Below are positions 45,037 through 47,815 of a DNA stretch of 47,815 nucleotides, piece by piece. The DNA lies in contig JASEFT010000002.1 of NCBI GenBank assembly GCA_030018475.1, positions 26,037-73,851 on the forward strand, given 5' to 3'. The DNA is from Thermoplasmatota archaeon. GTDB taxonomy: Archaea; Thermoplasmatota; JASEFT01. A program made the translations under genes and the position numbers. Position 1 is the stretch's first letter. The number at the start of each line of letters is the position of its first letter. The notes below the pieces were generated by a model. That model saw only the letters and a list, made by a program, of their open reading frames with translations, did no database searches and had not been told where the DNA came from.

Positions 45037-47061
45037 ATGTTTGGAAATAAAGTAGGCTCAATTATAATATTACTTCTAATATGTTTAATCTCTTCCAATA
45101 CTACTTCTTGGGTTTATACACAAGAGGATTTGCCTTCTATAGATTTATCTTCTACTGATAAATTAATTGCGAACTTTAACTATACTGCAGGAAGGTTTGA
45201 AACTGATTACTCTCACCAGCAACTACTTGGAATAATAGCATTACTGAGCGTGGCAAATAATACTAAAGATTATAGTTATTTAGAGTTGGCAGAAAAAGTT
45301 TGGTATTATTGCGAGAATTTTTACGATGGCCATAATAGAGCCTATAGGTATAATATTTCAAACTATACTTTTTACATTATAGATAATAGCTATGGTATTT
45401 TAGCCAATTTAGAGCTTTACAGAATCGTTGGGAAAATCAAATATTTAGAAAGAGCAAAAAATATAGGTAACTTTATTCTCAATAATCAGCCCAGTGACTA
45501 TTTCAATGCCTCTAATTTAAATTCTAGTATTGATTTAAATACTCAAGCATTAGCTTCTATAGCGCTTCTTGAATTATACAAAGAGACTAAAACTCAAAGC
45601 TATCTTGCTGCGCTTAAAGCTCTTAACGCAACTAAAAGAGATTATTTCAAGCATAAAGGCTATAGGACAGAGCTCAATAATACCTCAGTTTACTATGGAG
45701 AGCATAATGCTAAACTTGCAGTTGCTAATGCAAAAGCTTACGAGCTAACAAACATAACTGAGTTTAAAATTTTAGCATTGGATATTGTAGATTTTTTAAT
45801 TAGTAACTTAACATTTGCGCAAGCTAGAGGATTCTTGCTTGCTTATGCAGGTATTGAAAAAAACGGTTCTTTTGAGCTAAAACCTTATTTTGCATCTTCA
45901 GAAACGCAGCTTTGGTTCTGTATAGCACTATCATCGCTTTATAAACTTACAAATAATAATTCTTATTCTGATTATGCTAAAAGCGTTATTTTAGCTACTT
46001 TACTGCCCTACGAGCAATACTATCTTAGATTTTGGGATTTCGAAAATGGTGGGTATCTTGATCTAAATTCTAATTTTATTGCTGTGCTACTTACAAGGAG
46101 CGAATATAAAACAGATCCTAAAGATGCTTATACAGCAATGTCTCTGATTCTACCAAAAAGCAAATTTTGTAGCTATTACTCAGGTTATTATTCTACTTAC
46201 GGTATTTTTAATTTCACTATACTCTCGGAATCGAATATCAATAAAGTAATAGTAGAAGATGTGAGCAAGCTAGGCGCCTACCCGATTAAGCTTTATTATC
46301 AGAGTTTCTCACCGACCGTTTTCGATTCTAAAGGCATGGCTATAGAATGTATTCTAGAAAATAAATATCTCATTTTCAATGCGAACTTAAGCTCTGGGTA
46401 CAATAATTTTACTCTCTACACATCTATACCACTATTGTTTTTAAATGCTTCTATGAATGCTACTTTTGCAAGCATAAATTTTATAGCTTTTAATCATGAT
46501 ATTTTTCTAAATCAGACTATAATCTCATTTGAAGCCACAAATATTGGTTTGAAAAAATTAGTCTGTGATAATAAAAGTCTGGAGTTTGAATATAACTATT
46601 CTACAAGCGTTCTAGCTATTTCAAATATCACTTTTACCGGTAATTCAACTTTAATTCTAGAGTATGAAGACAAAGAAAAGCCTAGAATAGCGAATTTATC
46701 ATTTAGTGCCCATAAAGTTGAAAAAGGCATAGATATTTATGTGATTTGCGAAGTTACTGATAACAACGTTTTGGAAAATGTTATAATTTACTATAATGAC
46801 GCTTCAGGCTGGCAATCCAAGAGCATGCTTTACGTTGGCGAGAGCAAATATCAAGCCTATTTAGGGAGCTTTGAAAATAGTGTGGGGGTTTATGTTGAAG
46901 CAGGCGACATTTCTGGTAACAGAGCTACAACTGAGATAGTATATTTACATGCTGAGCCACAAAAAGAACCTCAAATTTTATATTTAATTGTCTTGTGCAT
47001 TGTAATTATTTTTGTAATTGCAGTAATAGCAATGAGAAGTAAGCGTGCGAAGGTTAAATAA
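45037..47061 (+). CDS. membrane-anchored extracellular glycoprotein (N-terminal signal/TM, C-terminal TM anchor), function unknown
   Basis: N-terminus MFGNKVGSIIILLLICLISS. More than 30 N-x-S/T sequons. C-terminal TM ILYLIVLCIVIIFVIAVIAM plus basic tail. Possible alpha/alpha-toroid region (aromatic-rich repeats). Confidence 0.55.
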   Translation: MFGNKVGSIIILLLICLISSNTTSWVYTQEDLPSIDLSSTDKLIANFNYTAGRFETDYSHQQLLGIIALLSVANNTKDYSYLELAEKVWYYCENFYDGHNRAYRYNISNYTFYIIDNSYGILANLELYRIVGKIKYLERAKNIGNFILNNQPSDYFNASNLNSSIDLNTQALASIALLELYKETKTQSYLAALKALNATKRDYFKHKGYRTELNNTSVYYGEHNAKLAVANAKAYELTNITEFKILALDIVDFLISNLTFAQARGFLLAYAGIEKNGSFELKPYFASSETQLWFCIALSSLYKLTNNNSYSDYAKSVILATLLPYEQYYLRFWDFENGGYLDLNSNFIAVLLTRSEYKTDPKDAYTAMSLILPKSKFCSYYSGYYSTYGIFNFTILSESNINKVIVEDVSKLGAYPIKLYYQSFSPTVFDSKGMAIECILENKYLIFNANLSSGYNNFTLYTSIPLLFLNASMNATFASINFIAFNHDIFLNQTIISFEATNIGLKKLVCDNKSLEFEYNYSTSVLAISNITFTGNSTLILEYEDKEKPRIANLSFSAHKVEKGIDIYVICEVTDNNVLENVIIYYNDASGWQSKSMLYVGESKYQAYLGSFENSVGVYVEAGDISGNRATTEIVYLHAEPQKEPQILYLIVLCIVIIFVIAVIAMRSKRAKVK

Positions 47062-47128
47062 TATTCTAAACTGATTCACTGTTTGACAAGAAAGCCCCTT
47101 CGGGGAAATTTAGATAGCTCCAGCTAAT

Positions 47129-47815
47129 CTAAATGTAGTTCCAATCTTCTATTTTCTCACCAAAATTAATATCTGGTGGTGGATGACCTGACATATACCA
47201 GATAACCTCCATTTTTGAACCACATTTAGGGCATCTAAATCTCCAAATCTTATCAAAATCAAAAAGCTTCGTTTGGGCTATAGTTGACTGTTGAAGAGCT
47301 TTTTTAAAGATTCTCTTATCTCTTCGATTGTAAGCACCGTAATACCTAATTAGTCTAAATTGCCTTTCAGGGATATGTTGAATTATCGCTTTTATGAACT
47401 CATCTACACTCATTGTCTTATAATGTATTTCTCCACCATTATCTCTCCACCAAAACGTTACTTCTTTTCCATCATATCTGCATATCCTGCTATTTGCTAC
47501 TGCAGGATGTCTTATATATCTACCAACATATTTTGATATCTCTCTTCTCGATTCTATTCTAGATTCTTTGGGGAGCCATACATAGAAGCCATCATAAGTC
47601 TTAAACAAACTGTTGATAAGCTTAGCATATTCTCTTGTTTTTGGTAACGCTTTCTTAAATCTTGTTAGAACTTGATACTGCCAAGTCTTCCGCATAGCTC
47701 TTGCAGGATAAAATTTCCTTGGATAAAAGTTCACTTTACTATCAAACCCACCTTCTGTAACAAGCACGTGGACATGTGGTTTAAATTCCAAATCTCTACC
47801 AAATGGGTGTAATAT
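47129..47815 (-). mobile_element. IS91-like HUH (Y2) rolling-circle transposase gene, N-terminus outside window
   Basis: HUH motif PHVHVLVTEGG. Paired catalytic tyrosines RYYGAYNRR (Y-x3-Y). C-terminal CPKCG zinc motif. The reading frame is open to the window edge. Confidence 0.5.

Noticed and set aside
44376-45098. Track start at 45098 for the thymidylate kinase ORF (adds MEEIKHIRSNIIIEPTLFPNIAIVNYFIFSTLYQIVK)
   Set aside because: The N-terminal extension would overlap the divergent gene start at 45037 and is hydrophobic junk. Thymidylate kinases begin immediately before the P-loop, so ATG at 44987 fits.

Overview
AT-rich, archaeal-looking window. Almost all ORFs have Shine-Dalgarno-like GGAGG motifs, and many neighbouring genes overlap at start/stop. 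The GvpA sequence is closest to methanogen and haloarchaeal GvpA, which is an inference about the organism. Layout: (1) The 3' portion of a minus-strand ribosomal protein S19e gene sits at the left edge. (2) A ~32 kb gas-vesicle (gvp) island runs from about 0.4 to 32.6 kb. On the plus strand it holds two tandem gvpA genes, a GvpC-like repeat protein, gvpN and gvpO in the haloarchaeal gvpACNO order, and a second gvpN. It also holds three GvpA-family (J/M-like) proteins, gvpK, two gvpF/L genes and several Hsp20/GvpH-like genes. On the minus strand it holds two gvpG-like genes, a third extended gvpF/L, a CDC48/VCP ATPase and a tandem ArsA/GET3-like ATPase. (3) The island is unusual for its chaperone content: an Hsp70 sits directly downstream of, and translationally coupled to, a GvpF/L-J-domain fusion. 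Two GvpA-family proteins carry C-terminal zinc ribbons and one carries a bacterial-PH-like domain. Other novel components are KaiC-like/PadR fusion proteins, DUF835-like paralogs, a family of coiled-coil proteins sharing a KK[FY]xx[FY][YW]G C-terminus, and a new duplicated domain fused to GvpF/L. A 15-bp inverted repeat, TATCGAA-N-TTCGATA, recurs at three promoters. (4) To the right lie a GT4 glycosyltransferase, a pilin-like protein and a 1242-aa surface beta-helix glycoprotein. (5) Next is a nucleoside catabolism operon: deoC, phosphopentomutase-type PGM/PMM, uridine-phosphorylase-like, cdd, an FAD protein and MTA phosphorylase. A convergent pair of metallophosphoesterase and thymidylate kinase genes follows. 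(6) The window ends with a membrane glycoprotein and a partial IS91-like HUH-Y2 transposase at the right edge. No rRNA, convincing tRNA or CRISPR array was found. All functional calls rest on motif recognition by eye; no database searches were possible.
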